From the human T2T-CHM13v2.0 reference genome, Homo sapiens: DNA of 64,000 nucleotides. The DNA is taken from assembly GCF_009914755.1 (NCBI RefSeq), contig NC_060933.1; one strand, written 5' to 3'. Shown here one piece after another: positions 1 to 12,700 of this stretch. Numbering within the stretch: the first letter of the stretch is position 1; the number at the start of each line of letters is the position of its first letter. A program made the translations under genes and the position numbers. The notes below the pieces were generated by a model. The model saw nothing but the letters and a program-made list of their open reading frames with translations. It searched no databases and was not told the origin of the DNA.

Positions 1-3000
1 GATGTTTCTGATAATGATTCTGTCTGGTTTTTATGTGAAGATATTTCCTTTTTCTCCAGAGGCCTAAAAGTGCTCCAAATGTCCACTAGCAGATACTACA
101 AACAGAGTGTTTCAATACTGCTCTATTGAAAGGAATGTTCAACTATGTGAGTTGAATGTAAACATCACAAAGATGTTTTTGAGAATACTTCCGTCTAGTT
201 TTTATGTGAAGATACCCCGGTTTCCAGCGAAGGCGACAAAGCTGTCCAAATATCCACTTGCAATTTCTACAAAAAGAGTGTTTCAAATCTGCTCTATCAA
301 AAGAAAGTATCAACTCTTTGAGTTGAATATACACATCACAAAGAAGTTTCTGAAAATGCTTCGGTCTAGTTTTTATGTGAAGATATTCCCTTTTCCAAGG
401 AAAGCCTCGAAGCTGTCCAAATATCCACTTGTAAATGCTGCAAAAAGAGTGTTTCAAAACTGCTACAGCAAAAGAAAGGTTCATCTCTGTGAGTTGAGTA
501 TACACATCATGAAGAAATTTCTGAGAATGCTTCTGTCTAGTTTTTATGTGAAGATATTTCCTTTGTCACCATAGGCCTCCAAGCGCTCTGAATGTCCACT
601 TGCAGATGCTACAAAAAGAGTGTTTCAAAACTGCTCAATCAAAAGGAATGTTCAAATCTGTGAGATAAATGCAAACATCACAAAGAAGTCTTTGAGAATG
701 CTTCTGTCCAGTTTTTATGTTAAGATATTTCCTATTTCACCATACGTCTCAATGCACACCAAATGTCCACTTGCAGATGCTACAAAGAGAGTGTTTCAAA
801 ACTTCTAGATCAAAAGAAGTGTTCAACTCTGTGAGTTGAGGACACACATCAGAAAGAAGTTTCTGAGAGTGTTTCTGTCTAGTTTTTATGTGAAGATATT
901 CCCGTTTCCAACGAAAGCCTCAAAACTATCCCAATATCCACTTGCACATTCTACAAAAAGAGTGTTTCAAATCTGCTCTATCAAAATAAAGGTTCAACTC
1001 TGTGAGTTGAATACACACAACACAAAGAAGTTTCTGAGAATGCTTCTGTCTAGTTTTTATGGGAAGATATTTCCTTTTTCAACATAGGCCTCAAAGCGCT
1101 CCAAATGTCCACTTGCAGAATCTACAAAAAGAGTTTTTCAAAACTCCTCTATGAAAAGGAATGTTCAACTCCGTGAGTTTAATGCAAAGATCACAAAGAA
1201 GTTTCTGAGAATGCTTCTGTCTAGCTTTTACCTGAAGATACTTCCGTTTTCAGTGAAGTCTTGAAAGCTGTCCAAATATCCACTTGCAAATTCTACAAAA
1301 AGAGTATTTAAAAGCTGCTCTGTCAGTAGAAAGTTTCACCTCTGTGAGTTGAATGCGCACATCACACAGAAGTTTCTGAGAATGCTTCTGTCTGGTTTTT
1401 AGGTGAAGATATTCCCGTTTCCAACCAAAGCCTCAAAGCTGTCCAAATATCCATTTGCAGATTCTACAAGGAGAGTGTTTCAAAACTGCTCTATACAAAG
1501 AAAGGTTCTACTCTGTGAGTGGAGTACACACATCACAAAGAAGTTTCTGAGAATGCCTCTGTCTAGTTTTTATGTGAAAATATTTCATTTTCCAAAATAG
1601 GCTTCAAAGCGCTCCAAATGTCCACTTCAGATTTTACAAAAAGAGTGTTTCAAAACTGCTCTATGAAAAGGAATGTTCAACTCTGTGATTTCAAGGCAAA
1701 CTTCACAAAGAAGTTTCTGAGAATGCTTCTCTCTAGTTTTTATGTGAAGATATTCCCGTTTCCGACGAAAGCCTCAAAGATATCCAAATATCCACTTGCA
1801 GATTATACAAAAAAGGGTTTCAAACTGCTCTGTCAAAACAAAGATTCAAATCTGTGTGTTGAGTACACACATCACAAAGAAGTTTCTGAGAATGCTTCTA
1901 TCTAGTTTTAATGTGAACACATTTCCTTATTCACAGTGGGCCCCAAAACCCTGCAAATGTCCACTTGCAGATTCTACAAAAAGTGTTTTTCAAAACTGCT
2001 CTATGAAAAGGAATGTTCAACTCTGTGAGTTGAACGCAAACATCACAAAGGAGTTTCTGAGAATGATTCTGTCTAGTTTTTATGTGAAGATAAACCCGTT
2101 TCCTGCGAAGACTTCAAAGCTGTCCCAATATCCACTTGCAAATTCTACAAAAAGAGTGTTTCAAGCTGCTCTATCAAAGGAAAGTTCCAACAGCACACAT
2201 CACAAAGATGTTTCTGAGAATGCTTCTGTCTACAATTTATGTGAAGATATTCCAGCGAATATCTTCAGGATTACCAACGGAAGCCTGAAAGCTGTCCTAA
2301 TATCCACTTGTAAATTCTACAAGAAGTGTGTTTCAAGACTGCTCTATCAAAGAAAGTTTTAACTCTGTGAGCTGAGTGCACACTTCACAAAGAAGTTTCT
2401 GAGAATGCTTCTGTCTAGTTTTTATGTGAAGATATTTCCTTTTTCACCTTAGGCCTCAAAGCGCTCCAAATGTCCTCAGACAGATTCCACAAAAAGAGTG
2501 TATAAAAACTGCTCTATGAAAAGGAATCTTCAACTCTGTGAGTTGAATGCAAACATCGCAAAGAAGTTTCTGAAAATGCTTCTGTCTAGTTTTTATGTGA
2601 AGATATTCCCATTTCCAACGAAAACCTCAAAGCTGTCCAAATATCCATCAGCACATTCTACAAAGAGAGTGTTTCAAAACTGCTTTATCAAAAGAAAAGT
2701 TCAACTCTGTGAGTTGAATGCAAACCTCACAAAGAAGTTTCTGAGAATGCTTCTTTCTAGTTTTTATGTGAAGATATTCCCGTTTCCAAAGAATGCCTCA
2801 AAGCGCTCCAAATATCCACTTGCAGGATTCACAAAGTGTTTCAAAACTGCTCTATCAAATGAAAAGTTCAACTCTGTGAGTTTAGTGTACACATGACAAA
2901 TAAGTTTCTTAGAATGCTCCTGTCTAGTTTTCATGTGAAGATATTTCCTTTTTTACCACAGGCCTCAAAGCTCTCCAAAGGTCCACTTGCAGATTCTACA

Positions 3001-6000
3001 AAAAGAGTGTTTCAAAACTGCTCTATGAAAAAGAATGATGAACTCTGAGAGTTGAAGACAAACATCACAGAGAAGTTTCTGAGAATGCTTCTGTCTAGTT
3101 TTTATGAGAAGATATTCCCGTTTCCAACGAAAGACTCAAAGCTGTCCAAATATACACCTGCAGATTCTACAAGGGAGTGTTTCAAAACTGTTCTATCAAA
3201 AGAAATGTTCAACTCTGTGAGTTGAGTACACACATCACAAAGAAGTGTCTGAGAATGATTCTGTCTAGTTTTTATGCGAAGATATTTCATTTTTCACCAC
3301 AGGCCTCAAGTCACTCCAAATGTCCACTTGCAGATTCTACAAAAAGAGTGTTTCAAAACAGCTCTATGCAAAGGAATGTTCAACTCTTTGAGTTGAATGC
3401 AAACCTCGCAAGGAAGTTTCTGAGTATCCTTCCGTCTAGTTTTTATGTGAAGATACTCCCGTTTCCAGCGAAGGCTTCAAAGCTGTCCAAATATCCACTT
3501 GCAAATTTTACAAAAAGTTTGTTTCAAAGCTGCTCTATCAAAAGAAAGTTTCAACTCTGTGAGATGAATGCGCATAAAACAAAGATGTTCCTGATAATTC
3601 TTCTGTCTGGTTTTTATGTGAAGACATTCCCGTTTCCAACAAAAGTGTCAAAGCTGTCCTAATATCCACTTATAAATTCTACAAGAAGAGTGTTTCAAAA
3701 CTGCTCTATCAAAAGAAAGGTTTAACTGAGTCAGTTGAGTACACACATCAAAAAGAAGTTTCTGAGAATGCTTCTGTCTAGTTTTTATGTTAAGATAATT
3801 CCTTTTTCTCCATAGGCCTCAAAGCACACCAGATGTCCACTTGCAGATTCTCCAATGAGAGTGTTTCAAAACTGCTCTATCAAAAGAAGGGTTCAACTAT
3901 GGGAGTTGAAAGCACATATCCCAAAGTAGTTTCTGATAAAGCTTCTGTCTAGTTTTTATGGGAAGATATTCCCGTTTCGAATGAAGGCCCCAAAGCATTC
4001 CAAATGTCCATTGGAGATTCTACAAAAAGAGAGATTCAAAACTGCTGTATGAAAAAGATTGTTCAACCCTGTGAGTTGAATGCACACATCACAAAGAAGT
4101 TCCTGAGAATGCTTCTGTCTAGTTTTTATGTGAAGACATTTCCTTTTTCACCATAGGCCTCAAAGCGCTCCAAATGTCCACTTGCAGATACTACAAAAAG
4201 AGTGTTTCAAAACTGATGTATGAAGAGGAATGTTCAAATCTGTGAGTTGAATGCAAACATCACAAAAGTTTCTGAGAATGCTTCTGTCTAGTTTCTATGT
4301 GATGATATTCCAGTTTCCAACAAAAGCCTCAAAACTGTCCAAATATCCATTTGCAGATTCTACAAGGAGAGTGTTTCAAAACTGCTCTATACAAAGAAAG
4401 GTTCTACTCTGTGAGTGGAGTACACACATCACAAAGAAGTTTCTGAGAATGCCTCTGTCTAGTTTTTATGTGAAAATATTTCATTTTCCAAAATAGGCCT
4501 CAAAGTGCTCCAAATATCCACTTGCAGATACTACAAAAAGAGTGCATCAAAACTGCTCTATGAAAAGGAATCGTCAACTCTGTGAGTTGAATGCAAACAT
4601 CACAAAGAAGTTTCTGTGAATGCTTCTGTGTAGTTTTTATGTGAAGATATTCCCGTTTCCAACGAAAGCCTCAAAGCTGTCCAAATATCCGTTAACAGAT
4701 TCTACAAAGAGAGTGTTTCAAAACTTCTCTATCAAAAGAAAAGTTCAACTCTGTGAGTTGAGTACACACATCAAAAAGAAGTTTTTGAGAATGCTTCTGT
4801 CTAGTTTTTATGTGAAGATATTCCTGTTTCTAAGGCCTCAAAGCACTCCAAGTCTCCACTTGCAGATATTACAAAAAGAGTGTTGCAAAACTGCTCTATG
4901 AAAAGGAACGTTCAACTCTGTGAGTTGAATGCAAACATCAAAAAGAAGTTTCCTAGAATGCTTCTGTCTAGTTTTATGTGAAGATACTCCCATTTCCAGC
5001 GAAGGCTTCAAAGCTGTCCAAATATCCCCTTGAAAATTCTACAAAAAGAGTGTTTCAAACCTGCTCTATCAAAGGAAAGTTTCAACTCAGTGAGTTGAAC
5101 GCACAAATCACAAAGAAGTTTCTGTGAAAGCTTCTGTCTGGTTTTTATTTGAAGATATTCCCATTTCCAACGAAAGCCACAAAGCTGTCCAAATATCCAC
5201 TTGTAAATTCTACAAGAAGAGTGTTTCAAAACTGCTCTATCAAAAGAAAGGTTTAACACTGTGAGTGGAGTACACACATCACAAAGAAGTTTCTGAGAAT
5301 GCTTCTGTCTAGTTTTTATGTGAAAATATTTCCTTTTTCACCATAGGCCTCAAGCGCTCCAAATGTCTACTTGCACATACTACAAAAAGATTTTTTCAAA
5401 CTTCTCTATGAAAAGGAATATTCAACCCTGTTAGTTGAATGCAAACATCACAAAGAAGTTTCTGAGAATGCTTTGTCTAGTTTTTATGTGAAGATACCCC
5501 CGTTTCCAGCGAAGGCTTCAAAGCTGTCCAAATATCCACTTGCAAATTCTTTAAAAAGAGTGTTTCAAAGCTGCTTTATCAAAGGAAATTTCAACTCTGT
5601 GAGTTGAATGCACACATCACAAAGAAGTTTCTGAGAATGCTTCTGTCTGGTTTTAATGTGAAGATATTCCCGTTTCCAATGAAAGCCTCAAAGCTGTCCT
5701 AATATCCACCTGTAAATTCTACAAGAATAGTGTTTCAAAACTGCTCTATCAAAGGAAAGGTTTACCTTTCTAAGTTGAGTACACACATTACAAAGAAGTT
5801 TCTGAGAATGTTTCTGTCTGGTTTTTATGTGGAGATAATCCCGTTTCCAGTGAAGGCCTCAAAGCTGTTCAAATATCCACTTGCAAATTCTACAAAAAGA
5901 GTGTTTCCAATCTGCTATATCAAAATAGAGTTTCAACACTGTGGGTTGAATGCACACATCACAAAGAAGATTCTGAGAATGCTTCTATTTTTCACATGAA

Positions 6001-6760
6001 GACAATCCCGTTTCCAATGAAAGCCTCAAAGCTGTCTAATATCCACTTGCAAATTCTACAAAAATAGTGTTTCAAAACTGCTCTATCAAATGAGTGGTTC
6101 AACTCTGGGAGTTGAATACACTCATCACAAAGAAGTTTCTGAGAATGCTTCTCTCTAGTTTTTATGTGAAGATATTTCCTTTTTCACCATAGGCCTCAAA
6201 GAGCTCCAAATATCCAGTTGCAGATTCTACAAACGGTGTGTTTCAAAACTGCTCTATGAAAAGGCATGTTCAACTCTGTGAGTTGAATGGAAACATCACA
6301 AAGAAATTTCTGAGAATGCTTCTGTCTAGTTTTTATGTGAAGCTACTCGCGTTTCCAGCGAAGGCTTCAAAGCTGTCCAAATATCCACTTGTAAATTCTG
6401 CAAAAAGAGTGTTTCAAAGCTGCTCTAACAAAGTAAAGATTCAACTCTTTGAGTTGAATGCGCAAATCACAAAGAAGTTTCTGTGAATGCTTCTGTCTGG
6501 CTTTTATGTGAGGATATTCCCGTTTCCAGCGAAAGCCTCAAAGCTGTCCAAATATCCAGCTTGAAAATTCTACAAGAAGAGTGTTTCAAAACTGCTCCAT
6601 CAAAACAAAGTTTAACTCTGTGAGTTGAGTACACATATCAAAAAGAAGTTTCTGAGAATGCTTCTGTCTAGTTTTTATACGAAGATATTTCCTTTTCCAC
6701 CATAGGCCTCAAAGCGCTCCAAATGTCAACTTGCAGATTCTACAAAAAGAGAGTTTCAAA
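1..6760 (-). repeat. Alphoid sub-layer 1a: irregular A/B monomers (SF5/R1R2-like)
   Basis: A-box and B-box monomers alternate irregularly, with BB and longer B runs. Diagnostic variants: aaagctgtcc, gagtacacac, aaggaatgttc. Confidence 0.75.
900..916 (-). promoter_or_regulatory. Intact CENP-B box (representative of ~19 core-intact boxes within 1-18,110)
   Basis: tcccgtttccaacgaaa is the reverse complement of TTTCGTTGGAAACGGGA. The core NTTCGNNNNANNCGGGN is also seen by eye starting at 1754, 2094, 3116, 3457, 4651, 5498, 6518, 7360, 8031, 9910, 11103, 12126, 13660, 14002, 14508, 15187, 16896 and 18093. Confidence 0.92.
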
Positions 6761-9700
6761 CCTGCTCTATCAAAGAAATATTCAAATATGTGAGGTGAAT
6801 GCACACAGCCAAAGGAAGTTTCTGAGAAAACTTCTGTGTCGTGATCATGTGAAGGTACTCCCGTTTCCAATGATGTCCTCAAAGTGGCCCAAATAACCAC
6901 TTGGAGATACTACTAAAAGAGTGTTTCAAAACTGCTCTAGGATAAAGTATGTTCAACTCTGAGAATTGAAGGCAAACATCACAAAGAAGTTTCTGAGAAT
7001 GCTGCTGTTTAGTTTTAATGTGAAGATATTTCCTTTTCCACCATAGACATCAAATCGCTCATAATGTCCACTTGCAGATTCTGCAAAAAGAGTATTAAAC
7101 CTGCTCTATCAATAGAAGGGTCAACTCTCTGAGTTGAATGCACACATCAAAATGAATTTTCCTAGAATGCTTCTGTCTAGTTTTTATGTGAAGAAACTCC
7201 CGTTTCCAGGGAAGGCCTCAAAGCTGTCCAAATATCCACTTGCAAATTCTACAAAAAGAGTGTTTCAAATCTGCTCCATCAAAAGAAAATTTCAAATCTG
7301 TGAGTTGAATGCACACAGCACAAAGACGTTTTTGAGAAAGCTTCATTGTGTGAAGATACTCCCGTTTCCAACGAAAGCCTCAAAGCCGTCCAATTATACA
7401 CTTGCAGATACTACTAAAAGAGTGTTTCAAAACTGATCTATGATAAAGTATGTTAAACTCTGAGAGTTGAATGCAAACGTCACAAATAAGTTTATGAGAA
7501 TGCTTCTGTCTAGTTTTTATGTGAAGATATTTCCTTTTCCTCCATAGGCCACAAAGCGCTCCTAATGTCCACTTGTAGATTCCGCAAAAGAGTGTTTCAA
7601 ACCTGCTCTATAAAAAGAAAGGTTCAACTCTGTGAGTTGAATACACACAGCACAAAGAAATTTCTGAGAAAGCATCATTATGTAAAGATACTCCCGTTTC
7701 CAATGAACTCAAAGCCCTCCAATTATCCACTTGCAGATACTACTAAAAGAGTGTTTCAAAACTGCTCTATGATAAAGTATGTTAGACTCTGAGAGGTGAA
7801 TGCAAACGTCACAAATAAGTTTATGAGAATGCTTCTGTCTAGTTTTTATGTGAGGATATATCCTTTTCCACCATATGCCAAAAAGAGCTCCAAATGTCCA
7901 CTTGCGGATCCTGCAAAAAGAGTGTTTCAACCCTGCTCTACGAAAAGGAAGGTTCAACTCTGTGAGTTGAATGGACACATCACAAAGTAGTTTCTGAGAA
8001 TGCTTCTGTCTAGTTTTTATGTGAAGATATTCCCGTTTCCAACGAAGGCCTCAAAGTGGTCCAAATATCCACTTGCAGATTCTACGAAAATAGTGTTTCA
8101 AAACTACTCTATGAAAAGGGAGGTTCAACTCTGTGAGTTGAATGCAAACATCACAAAGAAGTTTCTGACAATGCTTCTGTCTAGTTTTTATTTATAGATA
8201 TTTCCTTTTCCACCATAGGCCTCCAAGCTCTCCAAATGTCTGCTTGCAGATTCTACAAAAAAAGTGCTTCAAACCTGCTCTATCAAAAGAAAGGTTCAAT
8301 TCTGTGAGTGAAATGAACACATCACAAAGAAGTTTCTGAGAATGATTCTGTCTAGTGTTTATGTGAAGATATCCCCTTTTCCAACGAAGGCCTCAAAGTG
8401 GTTCAAATATCCACTTGCAGATTCTACAAAAAGAGTGTTTCAAACCTGCTTTATTAAAGGAAAGCTTCAACTCTGTGAGTTGAACGCACACATCACAAAG
8501 AAGTTTCTGAGAATGCTTCTATCTAGTGTTTATTTGAAGATATTCCCGTTTCCAATGAAGGCTTCAAAGCGTTCCAAATATCCACTTGCAGATTCTGCAA
8601 AAAGAGTGCTTCAAAACTGCTCTATGAAGAGGTATGTTCAACCCTGTGATTTTAAAGCAAACATCACAAAGTAGTTCCTGAGAATTCTTCTGTCTTGTTT
8701 TTATATAATGATATTTCCTTTTCCACCATAGGCCTCAAAGCTCGCCATTTGTCCACTTGAAGATTCTACAAAAAGAGGGCTTCAAACCTGCTCTATGAAA
8801 AGAAAGGCTCAACTCTGTTAGTTGAATGCACACATCACAAAGAAGTTCCTGAGAATGCTTCTGTCTAGTGTTTATGTGAAGATAATCCCGTTGCCAATGA
8901 AGGCCTCAAAGCAGTGCAAATATCCACTTGCAGATTCTACAAAAAGAGTGTTTCAAAAGTACTCTATGATAAGGTATGTCCAACCTTGTGATTTGAATGC
9001 ACACATCATAAGAAGTTTCTGAGAATGCCTCTGTCTAGTTTTTAATGGGAAGATATTTCCTTTTCCACCATAGGCCTCAAAGCGCTCCAAATGTCCACTT
9101 GCAGATTCTAGAAAAAGAGTGTTTCAAACCTGCTCTATCAAAAGAAAAGTTCAAATCTGTCAGTTGAATGCACACAGTTCAAAAAAGTTTTTGAGAAAGC
9201 TTCTGTCTAGTGATTATGTGAAGATATTCCCGTTTCCAACAAAGGCCTCAAAGCGGTCCAAATGTTCACTTGCAGATTCTACAAAAAGAGTGTTTCAAAA
9301 CTGCTCTATCAAAAGAAAGGTACAACTCTGTGAGTAGAATGCACACATCACAAAGTAGTTTCTGAGAATGCTTCTCTCTAGTTTATATGTGAGATATTTA
9401 CTTTTCCACGATAGGCCTCAATGCTCTCCAAATGTCCACTTGCAGATTCTACAAAAAGAGTGTTTCAAACATGCTCTATGAAAAGAAAGTTTCAACTCTT
9501 GGGGTTGAATGCACACATCACAAAGAAGTTTCTGAGAATGCTTCTGCCTGTTTTTGTGTGAACATATTCCCGTTTCCAACAAAGGCCTCAAAGCGTTTCA
9601 AATATCCACTTGCATATTCTACAAAAAGAGTGTTTCAAAACTGCTCTATGAAAAGGTATCTTCAAATCTGTGAGTTGAATGCAAACATCGTAAAGAATTT

Positions 9701-12700
9701 TCTGAGAATTCTTCTCTCTTATTTTTATATGAAGATATAACCTTTTCCACCATAGGCCTCAAAGCTCTCCAAATGTCAACTTGCAGATTCTACAAAAAGA
9801 GTGTTTCAAAGCTGCTCTATGAAAAGAAAGGTTCAACTCTTTGAGTTTAATGCACACCTGAAAAAGAAGTTTTTGAGAATGCTTCTGTCTAGTGTTTATG
9901 TGAAGACATTCCCGTTTCCAACGAAGGCCTCATAGCGGTCCAAATATACGCTTGCAGATTCTATAAAAAGAGTGTCTAAAAACTGCTCCAAGGAAAGGTA
10001 TCTTCAACTCTGTGAGTTGAATGCAAACATCACAAAGACGTTTCTGAGAACGCTTCTGTCTAATTTTTGTGTGAAGATATTTCCTTTTCCACCATAGGAC
10101 TCAAAGCTCTCCAAATATCCACTTGCAGATACTAAGAAAAGAATGTTTCAAACCTGCTCTATGAAAAGAGAGGTTCAACTCTGTGAGTTGAATGCACACA
10201 CCACAAAGAAGTTTCTGAGAACGCTTCTCTCTAGTTTTTATGTGAAGATACTTCCTTTTCCACCATAGGCCTCAAAGCTCTCCAAATGTGCACTTCAGAT
10301 TCTACAAAATGAATGTTTCAAACCTGCTCTATCAAAAGAAAGGTTCAACTCTGTGAGTTGAATGCACACATCACAAATAAGTTTATGAGAATGCTTCCGT
10401 CTAGTTTTTATGTGAAGATATATCCTTTTTCACCATAGGCCTCAAAGAGCTCCAAATATCCACTTGCAGATCCTGCAAAAAGAGTGTTTCAACCCTGCTC
10501 TATGAAAAGAAAGGTTCAACTCTGTGAGGTGAATGCATACATCAAAAGTAGTTTCTGAGAATGCTTCTGTCTAGTTTTTATGTGAAGATATTCCTGTTTC
10601 CAACGAAGGCCTCAAACAGTCCAAATATCCACTTGCAGATTATAAGAGAAGAGTGTTTCAAAATTGCTCTATGAAAAGGGAGGTTTAACTCTGTGAGTTG
10701 AATGCAAACATCACAGAGAAGTTTCTGAGAATGCTTCTGTCTAGTTTTTATTTATAGATATTTCCTTTTCCACCATAGGCCTCAAAGCTCTCCAACAGTC
10801 AACTTGCAGATTCTACAAAAAAAGTGTTTCAAACCTGCTCTATCAAAAGAAAGGTTCAATTCTGTGAGTGGAATGCACACATCACAAAGAAGTTTCTGAG
10901 AACGATTCTGTCTAGTGTTTATGTGAAGATATCTCCTTTTCCAATGAAGGCCTCAAAGTTGTTCAAATATCCACTTGCAGATTCTACAAAAAGAGTGTTT
11001 CAAACCTGCTCTATCAAAAGAAAGCTTCAACTCTGTGAGTTGAATGCACACATCACAAAGAAGTTTCTGAAATGCTTCTATCTAGTGTTTATTTGAAGAT
11101 ATTCCCGTTTCCAACGAAGGCTTCAAAGCATTCCAAATATCCACTTGCAGATTCTGCAAAAAGAGTGCTTCAAAACTGCTCTATGAAGAGGTATGTTCAA
11201 CCCTGTGATTTGAAAGCAAACATCACAAAGTAGTTCCTAAGAATTATTCTGTCTGGTTTTTATATAATGATATTTCCTTTTCCATCATAGGCCTCAAAGC
11301 TTGCCATATGTCCACTTGAAGATTCTGCAAAAAGACGGTTTCAAACCTGCTCTATGAAAAGAAAGGTTCAACTCTGTGAGTTGAATGCACACATCACAAA
11401 GGAGTTGTTGAGAATGCTTCTGTCTAGTGTTTATGTGAAGATAATCCCGTTGCCAAGGAAGGCCTCAAAGCAGTGCAAATATCCACTCTCAGATTCTACT
11501 AAAAGAGTGTTTCAAAAGTGCTCTATGATAAGGTATGTTCAACTCTGTAAATTGAATGCACACATCATAAGAACTTTCTGAGAATGCTTCTGTCTGGTTT
11601 TTATGGGAAGATATTTCCTTTTCCACCATAGGCCTCAAAGCACTCCAAATGTCCACTTGTAGATTCTGGAAAAAGAGTGTTTCAAACCTGCTCCATCAAA
11701 AGAAAGGTACAACTCCGTGAGTTGAATGCACACAGTACAAAAAAGTTTTTGAGAAAGCTTCTATCTAGTGATTATGTGAAGATATTCCCGTTTCCAATGA
11801 AGGCCTCAAAGCGGTCCAAATATTCACTTGCAGATTCTACAAAAAGAGTGTTTCAACACTGCTCTATCAAAAGGTATGTTCAACTGTATGAGTTGAATGC
11901 AAACATCACAATGTAGTTCCTTAGAATTCTTCTGTCTGGTTTTTATTTAAAGATATTTCCTTTTCCACCATAGGCCTCATAGCTCTAAAAATGTCCGGTG
12001 CCGATTCTACAAAAAGAGTGTTTCAAACATGCTCTATCAAAAGAAAGTTTCAACTCTTTGAGTTGAATGCACACATCACAAAGATGTTTCTGAGAATGCT
12101 TCTGCCCGTTTTTGTGTGAACATAATCCCGTTTCCAACGAAGGCCTCAAAGCGTTCCAAATATCCACTTGCAGAATCTAGGAAAAGAGTGTTTCAAAACT
12201 GTTCTATGAAAAGGTACGTTCAACTCTGAGTTGAATGCAAACATCACAAAGAAGTTTCTGAGAATTCTTCTCTCTAATTTTTATATGAAGATATAACCTT
12301 TTACACCATAGGCCTCAAAGCTCTCCAGATGTCCACTTGCAGATTCTACTAAAAGAGTATTTCAAAGCTACTCTATCAAAAGAAAGGTTCAACTCTTTGA
12401 GTTTAATGCACGCATGACAAAGAAGTTTTTGAGAATGCTTCTGTCTAGTGTTTATGAGAAGATATTTCCATTTCTAAAGAAGGCCTCATAGCAGTCCAAT
12501 TATCCACTTGCAGATTCTACAAAAAGAGTGTCTCAAAACTGCTCCATGGAAAGGTATCTTCAACTTTGTGAGTTGAATGCAAACACCACAAAGACGTTTC
12601 TGAGAATGCTTCTGTCTAGTTTTTGTGTGAAGATATTTCCTTTTCCACCATAGGCCTCAAAGCTCTCCAAATGTCCATTTGCAGATTCTACAAAAAGAGT

